In this document: piece after piece, positions 1 to 12,470 of the stretch
Layout: every line of letters begins with the position of its first letter
How positions within the stretch are numbered: the stretch's first letter is position 1
Assembly (NCBI GenBank): GCA_964016885.1
Contig: OZ024743.1
Span: 238,514,001-238,578,000, forward strand
Length of the DNA: 64,000 nt
Direction: 5' to 3'
Origin: Eledone cirrhosa
Taxonomy: Eukaryota
Position numbers and translations under genes: made by a program
The notes under the pieces: generated by a model
Databases searched by the model: none
The model's input: the letters and a program-made list of their open reading frames with translations, nothing else
What the model was told of the DNA's origin: nothing

Positions 1-744
1 ACATACATAATTTTAACGAGCTTCCGTATCCCGGTATCCAAAATGCACTCTCAGCTTCATACCCATTATATGATTGCTGGAGTTCACCCGACTGTATCAA
101 ATGAGACCATTTTTTGTGTAGGTGCTTCGTATTTTTGTCTGAGATTGGTAGCAGATATTGTGGTTTGAGACCTAGAGTGGTTTCTCATATATGCCCAAAG
201 AAAGAACCAGTAATATTAGTAATTAAGTTTACATCTAACTGACCTAAAGATCTTAATACCGCTTCACCAATTAAATATTCTGAGATAACGATACAATGAG
301 AGGAGGGTTTCCAAACAGTCGTTCAACGTTTCTCTATCAACAAAATCTCTATCAATTTCTCCATATCGTCTTCAAAAACGAAGAGGAGCCTGTCTGAATG
401 CTACATTAAATAATGTTAACTCGTGTTCATATAAAAAATAGAGGATGGGATACTCGAGGCTGGAATGATTTTTGAACATAAATACGAACAACTGATACTG
501 ACTTGGGACATGAACACCAACAATTGATACGATTTATTTAATATTTAGGGGATTTTTTACATAATTTAACCATTTATATTGTCCTTCCTCTTCCAGAATT
601 ACAACTCTGCTTGTCCACATGAATTATCACAGCCATCTACTAACATGTGTTCAAGAAATATACGTAACTACATCGATCTAGAGGGTATTGGGTGATCTAG
701 AAAACCCCTTCTTCCTGACCAAATCATTAAACACGCACACACAC

Positions 745-835
<91 letters not shown>

Positions 836-1004
836 GAGATTACTATGGGGATAAATATAGTTAATTGATTAATGTACATATATCTCTAGTAATTCTGGAT
901 TTGGTAAAGAAAAACATACATACAGACAGAGAAAAAATGGGAACGAATTTAAAACGTAGACACATTTTATTCGGAATATCTACCGTAACGGATATTCTAA
1001 TCTA

Positions 1005-1172
1005 CTGTATTTCCCGGCGCCGAAGACGCTTCGTCCTCGAGGACGCACCCTAATTTTGACAACAAAAAAATAGAAAAAAAATAATAAACAACTTTCGGCC
1101 TCCAGGACGCATGGTAGATTTTTGAGACTTATTTTATGAAAAAAGTAGCGTCTTCGACGCCGAGAAATACGA
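1005..1172. mobile_element. Tc1/mariner (pogo/Tigger-like) MITE
   Basis: Imperfect ~25-bp TIRs ctgtatttcccggcgccgaagacgc / gcgtcttcgacgccgagaaatacga, with TA on both sides (1003-1004, 1173-1174). Confidence 0.75.
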
Positions 1173-2224
1173 TACATTACACACTCTTATTCTAAATAGG
1201 TTTCATAATTATCATAATGCATTCCTAATTTTGAGAGACGTTTTTATATTCATGTATTTGTGAAGATTTAGGCACCACCAAGCACATTGAAATGCTATGA
1301 GAGGCACCGTCAAATGTCTAAAGTAGTCCCCTATCGGCTAGTTGCACCAATTGTTGGGAGATGGTCAACGTTTAGCATTTATAAGGCTCATTGAAACGCC
1401 ATGAGGGACACATAGTCAAACACCTAGTGTGGCACCCTAACTACTGGCTGCACCAGTTATGGGATCTTTAATATTATGAGAACAATAACGACGCGCATAG
1501 CAGTATGGCAATAGTATCGGTATAGCAACAGTATGGCACAGCAACTGCATGGTACAGAAATAGTATCGCAAGCATGTCGAAACAAGGATAGTAGTCTCAG
1601 TTAACAGAGACCGCAATATCGATTCCAAATACATTTAGACTTAATGCTCATTTCTCACTTCCACATGTTGCTATCTGAAGAAATTTAACTGTGGAGTTCA
1701 TTCGTCCTTTTAAAGATATCATAATAACATTTTACTCCTGCTAATAAAGTCATCACACCCTGCGTCTTTTATCTTTCGTTTCTCACAAATTTCAGATATA
1801 ATAAAAGCAAAATACATTAACTGAAGCCAATATTATTTCACTATTCTCCGTTACCCACTTCCGTTACTTGAAAATTGCCAAGTCCAATTTTATTAACCTA
1901 TAATCTGATATATGAGGACAATCATAGAAGAAAGGTTCTTAAGTGGTAGCACCTTAATTTCAGCCAAACATCTGTTACTTCAAAAATGACATACAAGCAA
2001 CTATTTTTCCTATGGTACATGGTATCAGTACAGATCAGCTTTTTCGCACGTTTCTTCTTATCTCGATCGTCAAACTACAGGACCTAATTTTTCAAACGCC
2101 CTCAATACATAATGCCGTTAGATCTTTCTTCTTCTGATGTTGTACGAGTGTCATCAAATATATGCTTAACTAGTGAAAAGTCAAATTAGCACGACAGTTA
2201 TCTATAAATGCACTTGTGTCTATG

Positions 2225-2227
<3 letters not shown>

Positions 2228-2263
<36 letters not shown>

Positions 2264-2720
2264 TTGCACATGCAAAGACGCACATACACAGACAGTCGCA
2301 CACACACGCAGACACACACAAAACCAGTCACGTACAGACACACTCACATACACAAATAGAGGCACACACACACATACACATGCACACAGTCGCACACACA
2401 CAACTGCATACACAGCCGGACACACACACACATACACACAGTCACACACACACAGTCACACACACAGTCACTCACACACTGACACACGTACACAGTCGCA
2501 CACACTGATACACACACATATAGTCGCACACACACACACACACAATCACACACACTGACACCCACGCGCGCACACTAACACACTGACACACGTACACAGT
2601 CGCACACACTGATACACACACAGATAGTCGCACACACACACACACAATCACACACACTGATACCCACACGCGCACACATTGAGACGCACACACACATATG
2701 ACATAAACATTCACACATAC
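2228..2720. repeat. (CA)n-derived micro/minisatellite
   Basis: CA runs with recurring cagtcgcacac/ctgacacacgtac units; source of the HT/CV pseudo-ORFs. Confidence 0.9.
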
Positions 2721-2874
2721 AATAGAATTTGGTTAACATTTTCCAATATATCAATGTTTTCCGATAAATTGTTTGCGCAGCAGAGCAGATGATATATGAT
2801 TCAATTCTATTTTAGGAGGTAGCTATGTTTACTTTTATACACCCCACCATATATATTATACACACACACACACA

Positions 2875-2943
<69 letters not shown>

Positions 2944-2948
<5 letters not shown>

Positions 2949-3781
2949 AATAATGATGGCTGCCCGTTGCAAATGGTGGTGCATATGAAAAAGTGAGTCA
3001 TTCATCAGTGACCCTCCAACCGTCCCAGGCATTTCATCGCTTTAAGGGCCATATGCCTCAGGTTGGTGCGAACAACGGCTAAAAAAAGTCGTTGAGACAC
3101 GTAAATAAAGGGGACGTTAGGGTAACAAACAAAATGGTTTAAGCAACGGAAAGTGAGAAGAAATAGACAAGTCCCAGATCTCTATGAATATAAACTCGGT
3201 GAAATCGTGAACAAGAGACAAAAGACCATCAAATCTGGTTGAAATGTGAGAAAGGAAGGAATTTCGCACAAGTCTAACGGGGGAGAAGAAGAAGAAGAAG
3301 AAGAAGAAGAAGAAGAAGAAGAAGAAGAAGAAGAAGAAGAAGAAGAAGAAGAAGAAGAAGAAGAAGAAGAAGAAGAAGAAGAAGAAGAAGAAGAAGGGGT
3401 CTGGTCTACGAATTCGGTAAACATAAGTTTTGTGAAGTCGCAGACGAAAGAGAGAGAGAAAAAAAATTCCATACCAGCTTGACCAGGACGCGCGAGAAAA
3501 GAATTTCACACAGGTCAAACTTGAAGGAGGAGGAGGAAAGAGGAGGAGGAGAGGTAGTGACAGAGAATGAGTGAGTGAAAGTTGAGGAGGAGGCTAACAG
3601 AGAGAGAGACTGCTAGAAAGGGTAAAAGGTACAAAGAACGAGAAAGGGTAAAGGTACAAAGGACGAAACGGACGGATGGCAGCAGAAGAAAAATTATGTG
3701 TAAATATGATAATAATGATGGCTGCCCATTGCAAATGGTGGTGCATATGAAAAAGTGAGTCCTTCATCAGTGACCCTCCAA
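2944..3781. mobile_element. (TA)n-flanked unit with ~76-bp direct terminal repeats and internal (GAA)n
   Basis: atgataataatgatggctgccc...gtgaccctccaa at 2944-3019 and 3706-3781; (GAA)n at ~3284-3396. Confidence 0.5.
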
Positions 3782-3845
3782 ATATATATGTATATATCAA
3801 ATATATAAGAACCGTAGAGCAAATATTTATTAAAATAATAGATTA

Positions 3846-3898
3846 AAGTTTAAGCAAAGAATCGCTGCTTTCAGCCTTAACGGGATCTTCTGAAACTC
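3846..3898 (-). ncRNA. Hammerhead-like motif, CAGAAGA core variant
   Basis: Inverted copy of 4183-4235 with one stem II mismatch. Confidence 0.5.
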
Positions 3899-4015
3899 AC
3901 AAAGTCAATCTGTAAAACGCAGAAGTGGATATTTAAAAAAAAAAAATATATATATATTTCAAAAAATATATATATATATATATTTAAAAAAAATATATAC
4001 ATAATATATATACAT

Positions 4016-4088
<73 letters not shown>

Positions 4089-4182
4089 AAATATATATAT
4101 ATATATATTTTTTTTTTTTGAAATATATATATATATTTTTTTTTTTTAAATATCCACTTCTGCGTTTACAGATTGACTTTGT

Positions 4183-4235
4183 GAGTTTCAGAAGATCCCG
4201 TTAAGGGTGAAAGCAGCGATTCTTTGCTTAAACTT
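4183..4235 (+). ncRNA. Type I hammerhead-like motif, CAGAAGA core variant
   Basis: Stem I gagttt/aaactt; CAGAAGA; stem II ccc/ggg; GAAA; stem III gca/tgc; triplet CUU. Confidence 0.6.
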
Positions 4236-4328
4236 TAATAAATATTTGCTCTACGGTTCTTATATATTTGATATATATTTATCCTTATCGAACCCTCTTT
4301 GGATTTTAGTCTTCAAATTTATTATTAT

Positions 4329-4446
<118 letters not shown>

Positions 4447-4520
4447 TGTTGTGGGGGTGGGGTGATGGGTGATTGTATACATATATATTATACATGTGTG
4501 TCATATCTATCTATATCTCC

Positions 4521-4909
4521 GCATCACAGAGTTACATCCCTTTACGTTCTGAGTTCAAATCCCGCCGAGGTTAACGTTGTCTTTCACCCTTACGGGGTCG
4601 ATAAAATAAAGCACCAGTAATGCACTGGGGTCCATTTAATTGACTTTCCCCTCCCCCCAAATTGTTGGCCTTGGGACTATAGTAGAAACAATTATTGATA
4701 TTATGTTTCATGACAGTAGGGTGGTGGATTGGCAGTACCTGTAGAGAGTCGGACGCCATGCTTTGCAGCACAGTTCCGTCCCTTTACGGTCTGATTTCAA
4801 ATCCCGCCGAGGTTAACCTTTGTCTTTCATCCTTACGGGGTCGATAAAATAAAGTACCAGTAATACACTGGATAATTGCTGGCCTTGTGCGAAAAGTAGA
4901 AACAATTAT
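4521..4909 (+). mobile_element. Two tandem tRNA-derived SINEs (4521-4696 5'-truncated; 4719-4909 full length)
   Basis: A-box tggcagtac..., B-box g(a)gttcaaatcc, core ctttcatccttacggggtcgataaaataaagtaccag (resembles the Meta/MESC SINE core), tail ggccttgtg...gtagaaacaattat. Confidence 0.9.
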
Positions 4910-4945
4910 GTTTCTTAACAGATTTTCAATTCTTCTTCTTCTTCT

Positions 4946-4977
<32 letters not shown>

Positions 4978-5191
4978 TTCTTCTTCTTCTTCTTCTTCAC
5001 TATCGTTAGTAGTAGTAGTAGTAGTAGTAGTAGTAAAGCAGCAACATCATATTTGTCCTACCTGATATCAACATCATCAACAACAAAAGCCCTAAAAAGT
5101 CAATAATAGTAGTAGCAGTAGTTTGTTCATCACGATGATGATGATGTTGTTATTTTGCACATAGTTTCTGTCTATCAAATCTCATTCACAA

Positions 5192-5316
5192 ATAATTGTT
5201 TCTACTTTTGACACAAGGCCAGAAATTTGAAGGGAAATGAAAACTCGATTAAATCGACCCAAGTGCGCTGCTGGTACTTCATTCGGCCGAGAATTATGAA
5301 AGGAAACGTTAACCTC
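5192..5316 (-). mobile_element. SINE 3' fragment
   Basis: ataattgtttctacttttgacacaaggcc... is the antisense SINE tail and core. Confidence 0.8.
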
Positions 5317-5397
5317 AAAACATCGATTATCGGAAATTATCCGAGGAATTTTCTATATTGTCTAAGCGTATGTAACAGTGAGTATGAGGGAGCTTAA

Positions 5398-6033
5398 TCT
5401 ATATATTTAAAACTGAGGATGTGTGTGTGTGTGTGTGTGTGTGTAAATCCCTAAAACTCGAGAAGTACCCAACCAATTTTTTCAAACTTTACATGTGTAT
5501 TACTTATGTTCCTGGGGTGTTATGCACATAAAAATATTCAACTTTTTGATCGCCTAGGGCCCGCATTAGGTGAAAAACTGCTTTTTTCAGCTTTTTAGGG
5601 ATCTTTTGAGGCGTTACGTCAGACCGATTTCCTTGAAATTGTAACAATGTATTAGTCATTATCTTCTTCATACCATGAGCAAAGAAAATCCAACTTTTTT
5701 TATGGCCTAGGGCCCGCATTAGGTGAAAAACTTCATTTTTTCAGGTTTTTAGGGCTTTTTTGAGGCGTTACGTCTAGCCGATTTTCCCGAAATTTCAAGG
5801 CATATTATGCACATAAAAAAATGCATTTTCTTGATGCCCTAGGGCCGGCATTAGGTGAAAACCTGCATTATTCTGCTTCATCGAGGAAAATCTTAAAGAT
5901 AATCCAGCCATCAGAGTATTCGGCTTATTTTCTTTACATATTGTCCAGGCATGCAATTTTTCCACGATTAGGTCTGTTGGCGGCCCGCGTTCCAAAATAC
6001 CTTATCCCGTGCAACGCCGGGTACCACTGCTAG
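5398..6033 (+). mobile_element. Non-autonomous Helitron
   Basis: Starts TC after A, then (GT)n. Ends with hairpin cccg-tgcaacgc-cggg and CTAG followed by T. No TSD. Three internal ~150-bp repeats containing cctagggcc.gcattaggtgaaaa. Confidence 0.85.
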
Positions 6034-6094
6034 TGTCTTATAAAATGATGAATTCGTGTCTTACCGATTGAATATATATATATATATGGATGTC

Positions 6095-6141
6095 CTTGTC
6101 TGATGACCCTCAGACATCAGGCGAAACTCCAGAGTTACAAG
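6095..6141 (+). ncRNA. Minimal type I hammerhead ribozyme in an ~80-bp insert between (TA)n tracts
   Basis: cttgt-CTGATGA-cct..agg-GAAA-ctc ca gag-TT-acaag. Confidence 0.7.
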
Positions 6142-6274
6142 ACTCACTATTTCGCCTTAATAAAATGAATATATATATATATAAATATACATATATATAA
6201 ATGTATGTATAGTATATTTGGCAATATACTGTATGTTAAATTAAAAACATTTTGAAGACCATTCACTATGAGTT

Positions 6275-6370
<96 letters not shown>

Positions 6371-6754
6371 GTCTGTGTGCGTGTACGTGTGTGTGTGTGT
6401 ACACACATGTAAATATGCGTATATGTAATATATGTAAACACACACTCAAATACATATATCACCCTCTCCAGTTACAGAGAAAATATATATTTGACATGTC
6501 TAGATACGCAATGTGTACACTTATATACACATTTATGTAATCTCACATATCTCAATACTGCATCCACCCCCACACACAACATATATATATATATATATAT
6601 TGTTATACTTTGGGAGGGTCATGTTGCCAATAAGAAACACACGCACCAGTTGCTTTCACTTCAGTTTATTATATATTTATAAATTTACAAGTTTATAAAT
6701 TTATAAATTTCTGGTTGGTTGGTTGGTTCCACAACCAGATAGTTGTTTATATAT

Positions 6755-6799
6755 AGTCATAGTCCTTTCGTCACACACTCTGTGACCTCTTCAGTGACT
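6755..6799 (-). ncRNA. Minimal hammerhead ribozyme in the Penelope 3' region
   Basis: agtca-CTGAAGA-g-gtcaca gagtg tgtgac-GAAA-ggac-TA-tgact. Confidence 0.75.
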
Positions 6800-7011
6800 G
6801 GGGATTCCTTTCTTTGTTTCTGTGCCTCTCCTTTGTTCTGTCCTACGCCATTTTGTTTCTGTGTGTGTGTTGTGTGCTCAGTCTGCGCATGCGCCACATC
6901 CAGGTGTCTGTGTGTGTTTATGTTCATTTATCTATTTGTTTATTTATTTATTTATTTACATGTTACTGGTTGGTTGTTTGTTCTATGTGTGTGTGTGTTT
7001 TGACTTTGTCC

Positions 7012-7545
7012 TTAATTGTAAGTTGTGATGTTGCTGTTCCACTCATATTTTCTATTTAATTTTGGTTGTAATTCTTTTATGTTTATTGCCTCTGTAATTT
7101 GTCTAAACATTGCATCTTTTCTGTGTGTAGATTCTATTTTTATTTCTATGTTCTCTAATTTACCCTTGTGTTCTATCTTAGCATGTTGGTAGAGTACAGA
7201 TGATTCTTTATTATCTTGAAGGTCTCGCCAGTGTTCATTTATCCGTTCCCCTATACTACGAGCTGTCTCACCTATGTACACTATATTTTTGTCTCTACAT
7301 TGTCCTTCAGTACATCTTATGCTATACACTACATTTCTAGTTTTACAGTTAATATGGGGGCTTATTTTACAGGTTATACATTTCTTATCTATACATGAGG
7401 GTCTTTGAAAAGGGTATGTCTTGCTAATAAGTGTTTTTACGGAGGTACCTGGTCTTTCTACTATCTTAATATTGAGTTTATGTTTATTTAGGGCCCTTCT
7501 AAATTTGTAGGCTAGTTCGCCTCTAGGGGTTGTATCGATGAACAT
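7012..7545 (-). pseudogene. C-terminal GIY-YIG endonuclease of a Penelope-like retroelement
   Basis: C-x4-CxxC linker, NVVYSIRC...VYIGETARSIGERINEH, QITEAINI...LN. RT missing because of 5' truncation. Confidence 0.9.
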
Positions 7546-7609
7546 TACACTCTGGTATTTATTGCTATCATACCATGAGTTTATTCTATTAGCCTTGTTC
7601 CTAGTTCTT

Positions 7610-7657
<48 letters not shown>

Positions 7658-7793
7658 GGTTAAACAAGGTTCAATGAATAAATCAAAGAATGAGTTTTAC
7701 AATAGATTGGAAGCACTCAACAGTTATGGTTTTCCGGAGTTATTAATATTAATTCAAAATATTAAGAGAAATAGACATTCGTGTGATCAAGTA

Positions 7794-7859
7794 TATTTTA
7801 TTATACATATTTCAGAGGTACTGAGCTATCTTCAACAGTACGTCCTCATCAGATAAATA
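7794..7859 (-). ncRNA. Hammerhead ribozyme in the inverted pLTR
   Basis: Reverse complement of 11454-11520. Confidence 0.8.
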
Positions 7860-8064
7860 AGATGATGTATGACATACCCTGACTTAGTAGATGGTTAAGA
7901 TTCAGTCATGGTAGTGAATAAAATATGACAAAACTCAATATTTATATACTTTAAGATTGAGACATGAAAAGATTTACATATAATACAGAGGGTGCGTGTG
8001 AGAAAGCTTAAAAATACTTAATAGCAATTTTCCTAACTGTTAGAGATTCAAATAATTTAAATTA

Positions 8065-9186
8065 TTGAAGAAAGAAGAATTAAATTACGTTGGCTATTAC
8101 TCTAATCACGCTAAATTCGTTAAAAATGTAATAGCCAATAGTGTACAGAAACGCATAACTAGAATATCCGCTAATAAATCCATATTTGATGAAAAAGCAG
8201 GATATTATATTGACGCGCTACGAAAGGCAGGTTATAAAAATAATATTGAATATATAGATAGTAATAATTTGAATTATAATCCTGATAAAAATAAGACTAA
8301 CATATACAAACGAGATTCTAAAAATTATAATACAAACACCGTGAATAAATCGGTGAAAAAAATCAGAACTAAATCAGTTATATGGTTTGCCTCCCCAGCT
8401 TCTGTAGCAATAAAAGCATCACTCGCTAATCTATTCTTTAAAGCTTTAGATAAATGCTTCCCCATTCAACACAAACACCGTTTCATATTTAACAGACACA
8501 CAATTAAGCTTTCTTATTCTACAACTATGAATATGGCACAGAACATCGCAAAAATAAATAGTAGAATTCTAAATCATAATCAACAAACAATTAACGATAA
8601 TGAATATAATAACACTAGCAATATTAATACTAAGAATAACAATAACATTAATCGAAGCACAATCAATAGAACACTTCAAAGTACTAACAATATTAATGTC
8701 AATTGTCCAATTTATAGTAATAACAATAAATCGGAATGTAATCGTAGAAATAGATCAGATTGCCCTCTGCAAAATAATTGTCTGGATTGCAATCTGGTCT
8801 ATAAATGCACCGTAAAAGCAAATAACATCACATACAACTATATTGGTGCAATTTCATCGACATTTAAATTAAGATTTTCGAATCACAAATGCTCTTTTTC
8901 GAATCCTAATAGGAAATCTTCGACTTCTTTATCATAACTTATATGGTCGTTAAAAGACAAAAAATTAAAATACTCGATTTCTTGGTCGAAGCTGTGTAAT
9001 AGTCGAATCTACTTGAATTCTTCAATATCACCTAACTGCAATCTCTGTACTATGGAGACCCTATTAATTACTAATTATGATAATTTAATTAACAAAAAAA
9101 GTTAATTATTCTCAAATTGCCTTCATAAAGCTTCCTCTACATTCCAAGCCTCGCAAAATGTCAGAAAAAAAAAACTAAATAAATAG
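8065..9186 (+). pseudogene. Penelope-like RT thumb, linker and GIY-YIG remnant
   Basis: YSNH...RITRIS...ALRKAGY, VIWF, CPLQNNC, LVYKC...YIG...FKLRFSNH. Continues past TAA stops as LIWSLK...CNLCTME...LIN...CLH. Confidence 0.85.
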
Positions 9187-9836
9187 GTTCTAATTTTTGA
9201 CGTCTCTTATCAACTTAGTGCGTAAAATGTTATAACAGATTATAAAACCTTATAATAATTTTTTACTCATTTGTGATACTATTAATGTTAGATTAAGGGT
9301 TCTATATAAATATATTAACTTGATGAATATGCATATCATATGATTGTGTAGATACATTTAATTTGATTGGGATTTTTGTATTTTTTTTAATATATAGCTT
9401 ATTTGGTTGACAGTTGTAATGAACCGTAAACCATTCATGCATTTATGTATTTATGTATTTATTCTTTTGGATTATGTTAGTTTTAAGATTCAGGATGTTT
9501 GATTTATATATTTATATTTATTTATATATATGTATGGTATATGCGTCGCATACGATCCTAGTCGACAAACTTTTTCCACTTAACTTGATGTAAAACTTCA
9601 ATTATAACTTTACTAACAATGATTTTATTATTTATTTATTATATGTATATGGATCACTAATATCGTCTTGAGTTCCAAACAGAATACTCTGTATATATTT
9701 GGACAAATGTGAATATCTGGTTTAATAACATGTTTCTAGCTACATTTATAAGTACTTTAGATACTTAAGGACATTCTAGTGTTATAATTGTTAAATATTT
9801 TCTAAATTATATAACGATCATTATTTTTTAATTTAA

Positions 9837-10026
9837 GGGTGGGGGATTGGCAGTATCAGTAGAGGGTCAGACGCCATGCTTTCCAGCATAGTTACGTCCC
9901 TTTACGATCTGAGTTCAAATCCCGCCGAGGTTGACTTTGCCTTTCATCCTTACGGGGTCGATAAAATAAAGTACCAGTAATGTACTGGGTAATTGCTGGC
10001 CTTGTGCCTAAAGTAGAAACAATTAT
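9837..10026 (+). mobile_element. Full-length SINE with TSD, nested in the Penelope 3' region
   Basis: Complete A/B boxes, core and tail; attattttttaatttaa-type duplication on both sides. Confidence 0.9.
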
Positions 10027-11453
10027 TTTTTTAATTTAATTAAATTCGGGTCACCTTCGGGTCGATGAAAATCTTAACTTTTCTCTTTCTCATGTTTGCA
10101 AACTCTTTAAATATGATATTATACTACAATATAGATCCTTAAAAATTTTCTTGTATTTTTAAATGATATAGTTTAGATATTTGGCACTTACATGATCGCA
10201 AACAATTTACTTATTTACTTTGAATCTGGTTCTTATCCTTATAATTCATGAAGTTTTATTTGTATATTTATAGTATATATGTATTACATGATCCTAATAT
10301 AATAATTGATCTAAAACCTTAATTTTAACAATATTAGCAGTAACTTATTTATTGTATTATATTATGTTATGTATAACTGACTAATATCGTCTTGAACTTT
10401 AGACAATATACTCTTTGTATATATTTAGACAAATGCGTATATCTAATTTAATAATACCCTTTTTTAAGTTTAATTATAAGGCCTTTAGATATTTTAGGGC
10501 ATTCTAATTGTTAATTTAAAATTTTTAAAGTTATAAATGTAATTATTTTCTAAATTATATAATGAGAATTATTATTTTAATACTTAAAAAAAAATATTTT
10601 TTAATATTTTTTAATATAATATAAGATAATATAATTTAATATGGATTACCTTCGTGTGGATGAAAATACTAAGTCTCTTCTTTCTCATGTTTGCAAATAC
10701 TTTAAATATGATTTTATAAATTAAATATGTTAGTATACTTTAATATCAATATAGATATTTATAAACTTTTATAGCCTGAAATATTATACCTTTAGATTAA
10801 TTCATTATTCTGAACTAACATAAATGATTTGAAATTTAACGGTCAGCTGGATACGTTTGGATATATATAGTGTATATAATTAATTGTTAGTATATTTCTA
10901 ATTAACTAAGAACTCGAAATTAAAGCCTCTTATAATTACACCCAGATATATTTAATATTTAGATTGATGGATACTTCTAGATAATTCAAAGATTCGAGTT
11001 TACACTTTCACAAAGCTATGCCCAAATGTATATCATGTATTTATATAGATATATATATTTGCATCATCTAATCACACCCTATTGATCCACGACAATATAA
11101 AATCTCCCTCCCTATGCTTTATACTATAAACATTATTCCTCCTTGTCTCTCTATCCTTGATCAATTCTCTTTTGCTTTCTATACTTCTAGCAACTATATT
11201 TTTTCCTCATCTGTTTCTCTGTGTCTTACTTCTTTCTTTCTTCTTTCTTCAATAATTTAAATTATTGGAATCTCTAACAGTTATGTAAATTGCTATTATG
11301 TATTTTTAAGCTTTCTCACACGCACCGTCTGTATTATATGTAAATCTGTTCATGTCTCAATCTTAGGTATATAAATATTGAGTTTTGTCATATCTTATTC
11401 ACTACCATGACTGAATCTTAACCATCTAAGTCAGGGTATGTCATGCATCATCT

Positions 11454-11520
11454 TATTTTATCTGATGAGGACGTACTGTTGAAGATAGCTCAGTACCTCT
11501 GAAATATTTATAATAAAATA
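11454..11520 (+). ncRNA. Hammerhead ribozyme in pLTR
   Basis: tattttat-CTGATGA-(gtactg..cagtac stem II)-GAAA-tattta-TA-ataaaata. Confidence 0.8.
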
Positions 11521-11577
11521 TACTTGATCACACGAATGTCTATTTTTGTTAATATTTTGAATTAATATATATATATG

Positions 11578-11833
11578 GAACAGTAATGGTTGCATTCTTT
11601 AAGGGTATGTCAATATTTATTTATAAAACTGGTGTATATTATATTTTATCTGATGAAAGCACACCATAATTTAACATGGTGTCCTTGAAATATGTATAAT
11701 GAAATAAATATGGTTTTATAAATATAGTTTCCATTTGTCAATATCGTATTTTTACTCCAATTATTTGTTGAGTGCTTTATATCAGTTATAAAAATATTTG
11801 CTTGTTGTATCCCAACAATTTAAATACAACTTT

Positions 11834-11836
<3 letters not shown>
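11578..11836 (+). mobile_element. Second pLTR-type family (solo) between (TA)n tracts
   Basis: Matches 46415-46590, 45919-45990 (inverted) and 56880-57183; contains an HHR. Confidence 0.7.
11642..11706 (+). ncRNA. Hammerhead ribozyme
   Basis: tattttat-CTGATGA-aag.acaccat..atggtgt.ctt-GAAA-tatgta-TA-atgaaata. Confidence 0.8.
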
Positions 11837-11889
<53 letters not shown>

Positions 11890-11937
11890 TAATAGATCGT
11901 GTCCGTTTGGAAGAAAATCAGCCTCTGCTGTCGTTGT

Positions 11938-12010
<73 letters not shown>

Positions 12011-12162
12011 GAAGATCCTGTTTGTAGGTGTGCGTGTGTGTATGCATGTATGTATCTATCCATATACGTGTATGTGCGTGTGTATGTATGCATTTTTGTA
12101 TCTATGTATGTATGTATATATGCATCTATCTATCTATCTATCTATTTATATAGCTATCTCTC

Positions 12163-12240
<78 letters not shown>

Positions 12241-12470
12241 GTGTGTGTGTGTGTGCATGCAACGACGGACATGATCGATTAAACCGGTGCTTATCTCCAA
12301 TATAATTCGTCAGATAAGAGATACAAATGCCTATGGTCAAACGTGGATAGGAAGGAATTGATTGCACATTGAAAGAATGAACGAAACGTCTATCAAACCT
12401 ATAGTGTGTGCCTATGTCCAGAGGTGGGGATCCTCCACGTTGTGTCGTACTCACACACTGAAATAATCTT

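Larger units (their letters stand above)
3791..4277. repeat. ~490-bp inverted repeat centred on (TA)n
   Basis: 3791-~3990 is the reverse complement of ~4085-4277, apart from a short indel. Confidence 0.9.
6601..7608 (-). mobile_element. 5'-truncated Penelope-like element in (TA)n
   Basis: GIY-YIG ORF remnant followed by a 3' region containing an HHR; (TA)n at both ends. Confidence 0.85.
7651..11566 (+). mobile_element. Penelope-like element (probably Naiad clade) with inverted 5' pLTR
   Basis: ~7745-8078 is the reverse complement of ~11241-11566 and both arms carry the same HHR. ORF remnant 8065-9186, long AT-rich 3' region, (TA)n flanks. Confidence 0.85.

Noticed and set aside
8935-9186. 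Selenocysteine read-through as in SECIS-bearing Naiad elements
   Set aside because: The in-frame stops are TAA, not TGA, and I saw no SECIS.
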